This document shows, piece after piece, positions 1-8,876 of a DNA stretch of 64,000 nucleotides. Below the pieces are notes generated by a model. That model saw only the letters and a program-made list of their open reading frames with translations. It did no database searches and was not told where the DNA came from. This stretch comes from an uncultured Planctomycetota bacterium. GTDB lineage: Bacteria > Planctomycetota > Planctomycetia > Isosphaerales > Isosphaeraceae. The DNA lies in contig CAVTTN010000002.1 of the NCBI GenBank assembly GCA_963737655.1, positions 6,496,001 to 6,560,000 of the forward strand, read 5' to 3'. The number at the start of each line of letters is the position of its first letter. Position 1 is the first letter of the stretch. The translations under genes and the position numbers were made by a program.

Positions 1-4
1 CGCG

Positions 5-370
5 ATGGCCGTCGGGGGACTCTCGGGGGTCTTCATCGGATTCTCGGTCTTCGCCGAGGTCTCGGATCGGCTCGACCCGGTCGCGAGCTCAACGATGGGG
101 GCGACGGGGGCCTTCGTGGGATGGCTCGGAGGGTGCGTAGGGGCCTGGCGCGGAGTTGGGCGTGCCCGCCGAGGGTCGGTGCCTTCCCGGGTCCGCTTTA
201 CCTCGCTTCAGGTCATGGAGTACGTGGCCATCCTCGCGGTCCATCTGGCGGCCTATTTGGCTCAGGACCGATCGTTGCGTCAGGTCGAGTGGGTGTCCCC
301 CTCGACCCCTCGTCCGCCGGCCGGTGGAACTCCAATGATTCGGGTTGACGGTCCCCGGATTGCCCGATAA
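5..370 (+). CDS. Hypothetical membrane protein, possibly 5'-truncated by the window edge
   Basis: ORF with 2-3 hydrophobic, Gly-rich segments; no family recognised. Confidence 0.4.
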   Translation: MAVGGLSGVFIGFSVFAEVSDRLDPVASSTMGATGAFVGWLGGCVGAWRGVGRARRGSVPSRVRFTSLQVMEYVAILAVHLAAYLAQDRSLRQVEWVSPSTPRPPAGGTPMIRVDGPRIAR

Positions 371-867
371 AGTGCCGCCACTTCGGGCCGGTCCCGTCAA
401 GGTTGATGGGATTCGGGCCCACCGCTCGGGGGGACGTCGGCGACGTCCGAGACGCCCCTCGAACCGGGAGACCTCGGACCTGGGAATGGATTCCGGCGAT
501 GGCTTCTTGCCCGATTTCGGGCCACTCCCCCGACGCTCACCCTCGTTTGGCCGTCCCGATCGATCGTCCCTGGTTCGGCGTCCCCTCGCCGTTCCGAGGC
601 GGAAGGCGCGTCTTCGGACGCCCGGCCGCCGCCTCCGCCCGGAGGAGATGTGTTGACAGGTTAGGTAGGTCCGTCCGAAAGGTTCGCCTTGTCTCGTCGG
701 AGTGCTTCGGCCGTCCGCAGCGGTCAGCCCGAGGCAAGGCCCGTCAAGTCGATCGGAGCCGAACGACCCGCCGCGATCAGGACGACGCTCGCCTTGCGCA
801 GGAGGCGCCTGGCGTGACCTCTATTTCGTCCCACGTCGCCCGTCGCGGCCGGCTTCAAGGAGTTCCC

Positions 868-1581
868 ATGCACCGGATGCGCCGCTTCATCGCCCTGACC
901 GGCCTGGTGGTCTCGACCTGGACCGTCGGGGCGTCGTCGGCCTCGGCCGACCTGCTCCACCCCTCGACCGACCCGCAGACGTATCCCGACATCATCGCCA
1001 ACCTGGGCAAGGGTGTCAGCTACACCTACGACCCGGGCAGCCAGCAGGGCGTGTTCCACCTGAAGAACACCGCCTACGTGCTCGTCACGGGCAACGACGC
1101 CAGCAGCGAGTACGACATCGACCCCGCGGCCGACGGCTCGCGCTACCAGGTCCTCAATGTGACCCTGGACAAGAACGGCAACTACGTCGATGACCCGGGC
1201 AACCTGTACCAGGTCTACGGCAGCATCACGGCCAACGGCAAGACCTACAGCGGCCTGTTGCTCGAAGGCAAGCCGATCGACTTCGCCACGAGCAACGCCG
1301 GCGGCGTCACGCAGTTCCAGGCCGACCTGAAGCTGGACACGGCCGGGGCCCTGTCCTCGCTGTTCGGGCCGAACTCGTACATCCACCTGATCGCCGAGAC
1401 CGGCAACGGCTTCACCGGCTCGTGGCAGCAGGACTTCACCATCTCCAAGGTCTCGACCAACACCCACGGCCCGGACGTCGCCGGCCAGCCCTTCCCCGTG
1501 CCCGAACCCACCGCGATGGTCCTGCTGGCCGTCAGCGGGGTGGGCCTGGTCTATCGCCGCCGCCGCCAGCGGCTGGCGTGA
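868..1581 (+). CDS. PEP-CTERM sorting-domain surface protein
   Basis: AAGGAG RBS at 857-862 before ATG 868; signal peptide ending ASA; C-terminal VPEP, hydrophobic TM and RRRRQR. Confidence 0.9.
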   Translation: MHRMRRFIALTGLVVSTWTVGASSASADLLHPSTDPQTYPDIIANLGKGVSYTYDPGSQQGVFHLKNTAYVLVTGNDASSEYDIDPAADGSRYQVLNVTLDKNGNYVDDPGNLYQVYGSITANGKTYSGLLLEGKPIDFATSNAGGVTQFQADLKLDTAGALSSLFGPNSYIHLIAETGNGFTGSWQQDFTISKVSTNTHGPDVAGQPFPVPEPTAMVLLAVSGVGLVYRRRRQRLA

Positions 1582-1687
1582 GCGAAGTTGTCAGTTGGCG
1601 AAGTTGTCAGTTGTTAGCAAGAGACGCAAGCGGCGGCACGGTCCCTGGGATCGCGCCGCCGCTCCGTGTCACGGACAACTGACAACT
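1582..1687. terminator. Bidirectional terminator/short repeat between convergent genes
   Basis: GCGAAGTTGTCAGTTG twice in tandem (1582-1613); GC hairpin 1629-1663; inverted ACAACTGACAACT at 1675-1687. Confidence 0.55.
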
Positions 1688-2522
1688 AATCCGCCAGGAA
1701 CGTGGCCGAGAGCTTGCCGAGGGCCTCGTTCTCGATCTGTCGGACCCGTTCGCGGGTGAGGCCCAGGGATTCCCCGATCTCCTTGAGGGTCTTGGGTTGC
1801 TCGTCGTTGAGGCCGAACCGCATCCTCAGGACGGTGGCCTCGCGCTTGTCCATCTCCTCCAGGCGGTGGAGGACCAGCTTGAGGTCGTCGGCCTCGACCA
1901 TCTCGACGTCCGGGGCGCGGGTCCGTTCGTCCATCAGCATCTCGCCCAGACTCCAGCCGTTCTCGGGCTGGTCGGTCTGGGGGACGAGGTTGTACACCTT
2001 GATGGCCTTCTTGACGATCGCCAGCTTCTTCTTGGGGAGCTCCAGGACCCGGGCGATCTCCTCGACCGTCGCGGGCCGGCCGAGCTGGTCCTGCAAGTCG
2101 GCGGCGGCCCTCCGCCACTTGCAGAGCAGCTCCATCATGTAGGCGGGGATGCGGATCGGCTTGGCCGTGTTCACCAGCGCCCGCTTGATCGATTGCTTGA
2201 TCCAGTAGCTGGCGTACGTGCTGAAGCGGGTGCCGACCTCCGGGTCGAACCCCTCGACGGCGCGGAGCAGGCCGAGGTTCCCCTCCTCGATCAGGTCCTG
2301 AAGGGCCAGGCCCTTGCCCACGTAGCCCCTCGCGATGTTGACCACCAGGCGGAGATTGGCGCGGACCATGCGATCTCGGGCCGCGTTGTCCCCCTGCTCG
2401 ATCCGGTAGGCCAGCATCTTTTCCTCGTCGGCCGTCAGCAGGGCCATCTCGTTGATCTCGCGGAGGTACGTCTCCAGGGGGCTCTGGACGGTGTCCCGGC
2501 GGTGTCGGCGGATTCGAGCCAT
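1686..2522 (-). CDS. RNA polymerase sigma-70 factor, RpoD/RpoS-like, lacking region 1.1
   Basis: YLREI, ANLRLVV, DLIEEGNLGL, RFSTYASYWIKQ, TLKEIG..LGLTRERVRQIE motifs; start ATG 2522 or upstream TTG 2567. Confidence 0.92.
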   Translation of the reverse strand: MARIRRHRRDTVQSPLETYLREINEMALLTADEEKMLAYRIEQGDNAARDRMVRANLRLVVNIARGYVGKGLALQDLIEEGNLGLLRAVEGFDPEVGTRFSTYASYWIKQSIKRALVNTAKPIRIPAYMMELLCKWRRAAADLQDQLGRPATVEEIARVLELPKKKLAIVKKAIKVYNLVPQTDQPENGWSLGEMLMDERTRAPDVEMVEADDLKLVLHRLEEMDKREATVLRMRFGLNDEQPKTLKEIGESLGLTRERVRQIENEALGKLSATFLAD

Positions 2523-2935
2523 TCGGGTCCTCGTCGTCTCGTCGGGTCGCGTCGGGGTCCGCAACAACGGATGGATCGCATCTGGGTCGGCCGGGACGGG
2601 CCCGAGGTCGCCCCGGGCGACCCGTCGCGGCCCCTGTCCCGCAGTCTTTATCGGGCTGTCAAGGCTGAGAATTTAGGTAGCTCTGTCGATTTGGCAAACC
2701 TGGGGGAATTGCGGGGAGAATGATCTGTAACGAATTGTGGAGTTCGCCGGATTCTGTGGCCGATACCTGGACGTGAGGCGCTTTGGCGCAGTGGATGAGG
2801 GCACACTGCCCTCGGCGGGCGCCCCTGGGCGAGCCGGTCACGGATGGCCGGTCGAGCCGAGACGCCGGGCCGCCGCCCCGATGTCCGACCCCCCCCCTTC
2901 GACGGGCTTCGGACGGCCCGAAGGAGACCTGGCTC

Positions 2936-3190
2936 ATGCTCTTCGCGTACTTCGGACCCGAGACGGTCCTGCCGCTGGCTTCGGTCGTGGCGACGGCCGT
3001 GGGCGTGGTCCTGATGTTCGGCCGGATGACGTTCCGCCTGGCCCTGGCCCCGTTCAAGTGGGTCGGGCGATCCCGCCGCGATTCGGGCCGGAACTCCGCC
3101 GTCGCCGGCCCCGCCGCGTGGCGGTCGCGGCCCTCGATGGCCGACGCCGGGCCGGACTCCGAGCCCAACGCCTCGGGACGGGGGGCCTGA
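2936..3190 (+). CDS. Small single-TM protein with N-terminal AYFGP motif
   Basis: AAGGAG RBS at 2921-2926, ATG 2936; MLFAYFGPETVLPLASVVATAVGVVLMFGR followed by a basic tail. Confidence 0.7.
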   Translation: MLFAYFGPETVLPLASVVATAVGVVLMFGRMTFRLALAPFKWVGRSRRDSGRNSAVAGPAAWRSRPSMADAGPDSEPNASGRGA

Positions 3191-3193
3191 GCC

Positions 3194-5046
3194 ATTTCCG
3201 CCATCACCAAGGTCCTCGTCGTCGGCCTCGACGGCCTGGAGCCCTCGCTCGTCGATCGCGGGATCGCCGAGGGGCGGCTCCCGAACCTGGCGAGGCTCCG
3301 GGCCCGGGGCGGCTCCTCCACGGTCGCCACCTCGGCCCCCGCGCAGACCCCGGTGGCCTGGTCCTCGTTCGCCACCGGGAGGAACCCGGGCGGCCACGGC
3401 GTGTTCGACTTCCTCCGCCGCGACCCGGCGACCTACTTGCCGGACCTCGCCCTCTGCAGGCACGAGCAGAAGAACGCCTTCTCCCCGCCGAAGGCCGTGA
3501 ACCTCCGCAAGGGGACGACGATCTGGGAGCACCTCTCCGCTTCCGGCGTCGCCTCGACCGTCCTCCGCTGCCCGTGCTCCTACCCGCCCGAGTCGATCAA
3601 GGGCCGGGTCCTCTCCGGGATGGGCGTGCCGGACCTCCGCGGCGGCCTCGGCACCGCCACCTTCTTCACCTCGGCCCAGGATGAACGGCCCGGCGAGGCC
3701 GAGCAAATCGTGAAGGTTTCCCCGGCCCTCGACGGCTCCGTGACCACCGCCCTGATCGGCCCGAGGAACCCCCGCGATCGTTCGGAGACCCGGTTCGAGA
3801 TCGCCGTCACCCCCCTGCCCGACTCCAACCGGGCCCGGCTCCGCTCCTCGGGTTCGCCCCGGGAGCTGGTCCTGGAAGTCGGCCGGTGGAGCGACTGGCT
3901 CAAGGTCGCCTTCAAGGTCGGGATGTTCGGCTCGGCGAAGGGGATGGTCCGGTTCTTCCTCGACCGGATCGGGCCGAGTTCGCGCTCTATGCCTCGCCCG
4001 TGAACTTCGACCCCGACGCCCCCCCCTTCCCGATCAGTTCGCCGGGCGACTACGCCTCGGACCTCGCCTCGGAGATCGGCCACTTCTTCACCACGGGGAT
4101 GGTCGAGGACCACTCCGGGCTGAGCAACGGCCGGATCGGCGAGGAAGCCTTCCTCCACCAGTGCGACCTCGCCTGGGAGGACCGCGAGGCCATGTTCAGG
4201 CGAGAGCTGTCGCGGTTCGACTCCGGGTTCCTCTTCTGCCTGTTCGACACGCCCGACCGCGTCCAGCACATGCTCTGGAGGCACACCGAGCCCGACCACC
4301 CGGCCAACCGCCATTCGCCCGCGCGTCCCGAGATGGCCCGCGAGCTGGAAAAGCAGTACGAGAGGGCCGATTCCGTGGTCGGCGAGGCCCTCGCGGCGGC
4401 CGACGACCGCACCCTGGTGATCGCCATGAGCGACCACGGCTTCGGGGGGTTCCGCCGATGTGTCGACCTGAACAAATGGCTTCATGACGAGGGTTTGCTC
4501 GCCCTCCGAGACGGCCTGAGGCCCGGCGACGGGGCCGGCGACCTCCTCCGGGGCGTCGATTGGTCGAAGACGAAGGCGTTCGCCGTCGGCCTCGGCGGGA
4601 TCTACCTGAACCTGGAAGGCCGGGAGGCGCAGGGGATCGTCAAGGAGGCCGAGGCCGAGGATTTGAAGGCCCGGATCGCCGAAAAGTTGAGCGGCCTGGA
4701 CGATCCCGGCCGGGGCGAGGCCGTGAAGTCGGTCCGCACCCGCGAATCGCTCTATCGGGGGCCTCACGTGGCCGACTCGCCCGACCTCCTCGTCGGCTTC
4801 GCCCGGGGGTATCGGGCGTCGTGGGCGTCGTCGATGGGCGGGATCTCGGCCGATTTGATCGAGGATAACGTGAAGCCGTGGGCCGGCGATCACATCGTCG
4901 ATCCGTCGCTCGTCCCCGGCATCCTGTTCATGAACCGTCCGTTCCGCGGAGAGGGGGCGAGGCTCGTGGACCTCGCCCCGACGATCTCGACGGCCCTGGG
5001 CGTCGCGCCCGGGCCTCTCATGGAAGGGGAGGCGCTGCTCGCATGA
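3194..5046 (+). CDS. Alkaline-phosphatase superfamily, nucleotide pyrophosphatase/phosphodiesterase type (frameshift ~3975; start uncertain)
   Basis: KVLVVGLDG, QTPVAWSSFATG.NPG.HG, DRVQH, MSDHG, GDH motifs; joins ORFs 3353-4003 and 3886-5046. Confidence 0.85.
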
Positions 5047-6503
5047 AGATCCTCGTCATGGGCCTCGACTGCGCCGACCCGGAGCTCCTCCTCGGGATGG
5101 ACGACCTGCCGAACGTCCGCCGTTTGATGGAGGCGGGGTGCTTCGGCAAGCTCGAAAGCGTGGTCCCGCCGATCACCGTCCCGGCCTGGATGTGCATGGC
5201 CACGAGCCAGGACCCCGGCTCCCTGGGCGTCTACGGCTTCCGCAACCGGGTCGATCACTCGTATAACGGACTCGGCATCGTCAACGCGCGCTCGATCACC
5301 GAGGTGGCGATCTGGGACCAGGTGGCCCGCGAGGGCGGACGCTCCGTCCTGATCGGGGTCCCGCCCGGGTTCCCGCCGAGGAAGGTCAACGGCATCACCG
5401 TCGGCTGCTTCCTCACGCCCGACACGACGAAGGACGTCTTCACGCACCCTCCCCAGATCAGTGATGAGATCCGCGCGCTCGTCGGCCATTATCCGGTCGA
5501 CGTGAAGGGCTTCCGCACCGGCGACAAGGGATGGTTGCGCGACGAAATCCTCGACATGAGCCGCAAGCATTTCGAGGTCGTCCGCCACTACCTCAAGAAC
5601 GCCGAATGGGACTACTTCCAGTTCGTCGAGATCGGCCTGGACCGCGTCCACCACGGCTTCTGGAGCCATCACGACCCCCTGCACGTCCAGCACGACCCGG
5701 ATTCGCCGTTCAAGGAGGTCGTGCGCGACTATTATCGCTATCTCGACGGGGAGATCGGCTCGATCCTCGAGCTCCTGGCCGAGGACACGGTGGTCTTGAT
5801 CGTCTCCGACCACGGCGCCCGGCGGCTCGACGGCGGGTTCTGCGTGAACGAGTGGCTCGTCCGCGAGGGGCTGCTCGTCCTGAATTCCTATCCCGAGACG
5901 GTCACGCCCTTCTCGAAGCTGGACGTGGACTGGTCGAAGACGAAGGTCTGGAGCGAGGGCGGCTACTACGCCCGGGTCTTCTTCAACGTGAAGGGCCGGG
6001 AGCCGTCCGGGACCATCGAACCGGCCGATTACGAGGCGTTCCGCGACGAGATCAAGGCCCGGTTCGAGGCCACGACCGGCCCCGACGGCCAGCCCCTGGG
6101 GACGCTGGTGTTCAAGCCCGAAGACGTGTACAAAAAAATCAAGAACGTCGCGCCCGATCTGATCGTCCACTTCGGGGCGCTGGCCTGGAGGTCGATCGGC
6201 GGCGTGGGGTATCCGTCGCTGCACATCCAGGAAAACGACACGGGCCCGGACGACTGCAACCACGCCCAGCACGGCGCGTTCGTCCTGGCGTCGTCGAACA
6301 ATCCGGTGAGGGGGGAAGTCGAGGGCGCCCACCTGCTGGACATCGCCCCGACCCTGCTGGAGCTCGGCGGCTACGACGTCCCCGAGACGATGCAGGGCCG
6401 ATCGCTGGCCTCCGGCGCGCTCGCGGCGGTCGGAGCCGAGGGGTATTCGGAGAGCGAGGAAGACATCGTCCGAAGCCGCCTGAGCGGGCTGGGTTACATC
6501 TAG
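5043..6503 (+). CDS. Alkaline-phosphatase superfamily, nucleotide pyrophosphatase/phosphodiesterase type
   Basis: ATGA overlap with upstream stop; KILVMGLD, PPITVPAW, DRVHH, VSDHG, DCNH; C-terminal RLSGLGYI. Confidence 0.9.
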   Translation: MKILVMGLDCADPELLLGMDDLPNVRRLMEAGCFGKLESVVPPITVPAWMCMATSQDPGSLGVYGFRNRVDHSYNGLGIVNARSITEVAIWDQVAREGGRSVLIGVPPGFPPRKVNGITVGCFLTPDTTKDVFTHPPQISDEIRALVGHYPVDVKGFRTGDKGWLRDEILDMSRKHFEVVRHYLKNAEWDYFQFVEIGLDRVHHGFWSHHDPLHVQHDPDSPFKEVVRDYYRYLDGEIGSILELLAEDTVVLIVSDHGARRLDGGFCVNEWLVREGLLVLNSYPETVTPFSKLDVDWSKTKVWSEGGYYARVFFNVKGREPSGTIEPADYEAFRDEIKARFEATTGPDGQPLGTLVFKPEDVYKKIKNVAPDLIVHFGALAWRSIGGVGYPSLHIQENDTGPDDCNHAQHGAFVLASSNNPVRGEVEGAHLLDIAPTLLELGGYDVPETMQGRSLASGALAAVGAEGYSESEEDIVRSRLSGLGYI

Positions 6504-6506
6504 TCC

Positions 6507-6781
6507 CGTAGGGTGCATGAAAGGCACCGTCATGTCGGGTGCATGAAATGCACCAACCACGCGGCGGCCACCCGGCCGCCCACCGTTTCCCCTCGGGACG
6601 ACCGATGATCCGATCGGAATCCGACGGAAATCGGAATCCGACGGAAATCGGAATCCGACAGACCTCGGAATCCGACAGACCTCGGAATCCGACGGGAAGA
6701 CGCGGAAGGCGGCCCTCGGGCCGCCGCGTGGTTGGTGCATTTCATGCACCCTACATGACGGTGCATTTCATGCACCCTACG
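6507..6781. repeat. REPIN-like element: 63-bp inverted arms of doubled GTAG-type REPs enclosing a 17-bp tandem array
   Basis: Arms carry GTAGGGTGCATGAAATGCACC-like units twice each, with 2 mismatches between arms; five TCGGAATCCGAC units at 6614, 6631, 6648, 6665, 6682. Confidence 0.85.
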
Positions 6782-6941
6782 AGGGCCCTTCGCTGGCGGA
6801 GCCGCCGAAAAGTGCGCTCGTAATCCTTCGCGAGATCGCTTAGATACTCGTCCGTCGCGGCCTTCTGGAATCGGCCTCTCCTGGGATCACATCTAGTCGC
6901 GCGTCCCCCCCTCGCCCGCGATTTGGAGACGTGGTTCGATG

Positions 6942-8876
6942 ATGGAAGCTGGTCAGGAAGACGCGCCCCCGGGCCGCGATGGGCCTTCGCCCGGGTCGCC
7001 CTGGCTCTCGGGGCTGTGGTTCGGGCTGCTCGCCGGGGGCGTCGAGCTCGCCGTGGACGCCGCCTACTGGGCGATCCGGCCGAGAGTGACCGTCGCCTCG
7101 ATCCGAACCAATCGCCATCATCTCTGGATGGTGCCCACGTCCGACCTGGTCGTGGTGGGCGCGGCGGGCCTGCTGTTCACCCTCGGGGCCAGGCTCTCGC
7201 CGAAGCTGGTGGCAAGAATCGGCCCGACCGTCCTGGCGGCCCTGGCCGCCCTGACGGTGATCTGGTCGGTCGATCGGCTCCACCCGAATTCGGGGATCAT
7301 CCTGGCCTGCGGGCTCGGCGCCTCGGCGGGCCGGGCGATCGCGCGATGGCCCGAAGGATTCCGCCGGCTGGTCCGGCGGACCCTGCCGGTCGGCCTGGTC
7401 GTCCTCCTCGCCTGGACCGCCTATCAGGCCAGCCGGGTGATCGGCGCCGAGGGCCGCGCCCTGGCCGGGCTCCCGGCCGCTCGTCCCGGGTCGCCGAACG
7501 TCCTCCTGCTCGTCATGGACAACGTCCGGGCCGACGCCCTAAGCCTCTACGGCGCCCCTCGCGACACCTCGCCCAACCTCGCGAGGATCGCGAGCCGAGG
7601 GCTGAAGTTCAACGAGGCGAGGTCCGCCGCGTCGTGGACCCTGCCCTCTCACGCCAGCCTCCTGACGGGTCGGTGGCCTCACGAGCTGTCCGTGACCGTG
7701 GATTCGCCCCTGGACGACGCCCGCCCCACCCTGGCCGAGACCCTGGCCGCTCGCGGCTACGTCACGGCCGGGTTCGTCGGCAACACGTACTATTGCAACG
7801 GCTGGTACGGCCTCGATCGCGGCTTCTCTCGCTACGAGGACTTCGCCGCGAACGTGGAGGTCTCCCCGGTCGAGACGATCCGCGCCGGCTCCCTCGGCGA
7901 GTGGATCGTCGGCCGGTTCCACATCATGGCCAAGGAGTGGCCCGGCGACCCCCGGACCCGGAAGACGGCCGATGACATCAACACGAGCTTCCTCTCCTGG
8001 CTCGACGCCCGAAACGGCCGCCCGTTCTTCGCGTTCCTGAACTACTACGACGCCCACGAGCCGTTCCAGCCCCCTCCGGGCGACCCCCGCCAGTTCGGCC
8101 TCAGCCGCCTGCCCGAGGCCGACCGCGCCGCCATCCTCAAGGCGTATGCCCACCTCGCGAAGAAGAAGCCCGGCGAGCCCCGGCCGAACGAGGCCGAGGT
8201 CGTCGCGAAGGCCGCCGAGCTGCTCCGCGACTCGTACAGCGACTGCATCGCCTCGCTCGATCGCCGGATCGGCTCCCTGATCGACGAGCTGGAGAGGCGG
8301 GGTGTCCTGGATGACACCCTGGTGGTGATCACCTCGGACCACGGCGAGGAGTTCGGCGAGCGGTCGCTGTTCGGCCACGGCGTGAGCGTGTATCGGCCCG
8401 AGGTCCACGTCCCCCTGATCGTCCTGGAGCCGGGTCGATCGCGGCGAACCGGCGAGGTCTCCCGCCCGGTCAGCCTCCGCGACTTCCCGGCGACGGTGGC
8501 CGGGGCGGTCGGGCTGGGGGAAGCGTCCCCCTTCCCCGGCGATTCCCTGGCCACGGCCCGGAACGACGACCGGCCCTCGCCGATCCTCTCCGAGGTCGAG
8601 CATCAGACGAAGTTCTCGCCGTCGCCGTCGATCCCCGCGTCGCTCGGGCCGATCACCTCGATCGCCGACGGCCCGATGGTCTACATCCGCAACGCCGACG
8701 GCCGCGAGGAGCTGTTCGACCGCCGGACCGACCCGGCCGAAGTCCGCGACGTGGCCGGCGCCTCCGGCTCGACCACGACGCTCGCCCGGTTCCGAGACGC
8801 CCTCGGAGCGATCCAGGGACAGGCCCGAGAACCGCAAACGGCCGGACGGGCCGCCGAGGGGAGGGTCGTCCGATGA
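6942..8876 (+). CDS. Membrane-anchored sulfatase-like hydrolase/transferase
   Basis: About 5 N-terminal TM segments, then PNVLLLVMDNVRAD, SWTLPSHASLLTG, DAHEP, TSDHGEEFGE..GHG. Confidence 0.9.
   Translation: MEAGQEDAPPGRDGPSPGSPWLSGLWFGLLAGGVELAVDAAYWAIRPRVTVASIRTNRHHLWMVPTSDLVVVGAAGLLFTLGARLSPKLVARIGPTVLAALAALTVIWSVDRLHPNSGIILACGLGASAGRAIARWPEGFRRLVRRTLPVGLVVLLAWTAYQASRVIGAEGRALAGLPAARPGSPNVLLLVMDNVRADALSLYGAPRDTSPNLARIASRGLKFNEARSAASWTLPSHASLLTGRWPHELSVTVDSPLDDARPTLAETLAARGYVTAGFVGNTYYCNGWYGLDRGFSRYEDFAANVEVSPVETIRAGSLGEWIVGRFHIMAKEWPGDPRTRKTADDINTSFLSWLDARNGRPFFAFLNYYDAHEPFQPPPGDPRQFGLSRLPEADRAAILKAYAHLAKKKPGEPRPNEAEVVAKAAELLRDSYSDCIASLDRRIGSLIDELERRGVLDDTLVVITSDHGEEFGERSLFGHGVSVYRPEVHVPLIVLEPGRSRRTGEVSRPVSLRDFPATVAGAVGLGEASPFPGDSLATARNDDRPSPILSEVEHQTKFSPSPSIPASLGPITSIADGPMVYIRNADGREELFDRRTDPAEVRDVAGASGSTTTLARFRDALGAIQGQAREPQTAGRAAEGRVVR

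Noticed and set aside
3188..3190. Selenocysteine recoding of the in-frame TGA
   Set aside because: It lies in a low-complexity linker rather than a Cys-type catalytic position, and no SECIS-like hairpin was recognised
6614..6693. CRISPR-like array
   Set aside because: Units are 12 bp with 5-bp repeated linkers; no unique spacers and no cas genes in the window
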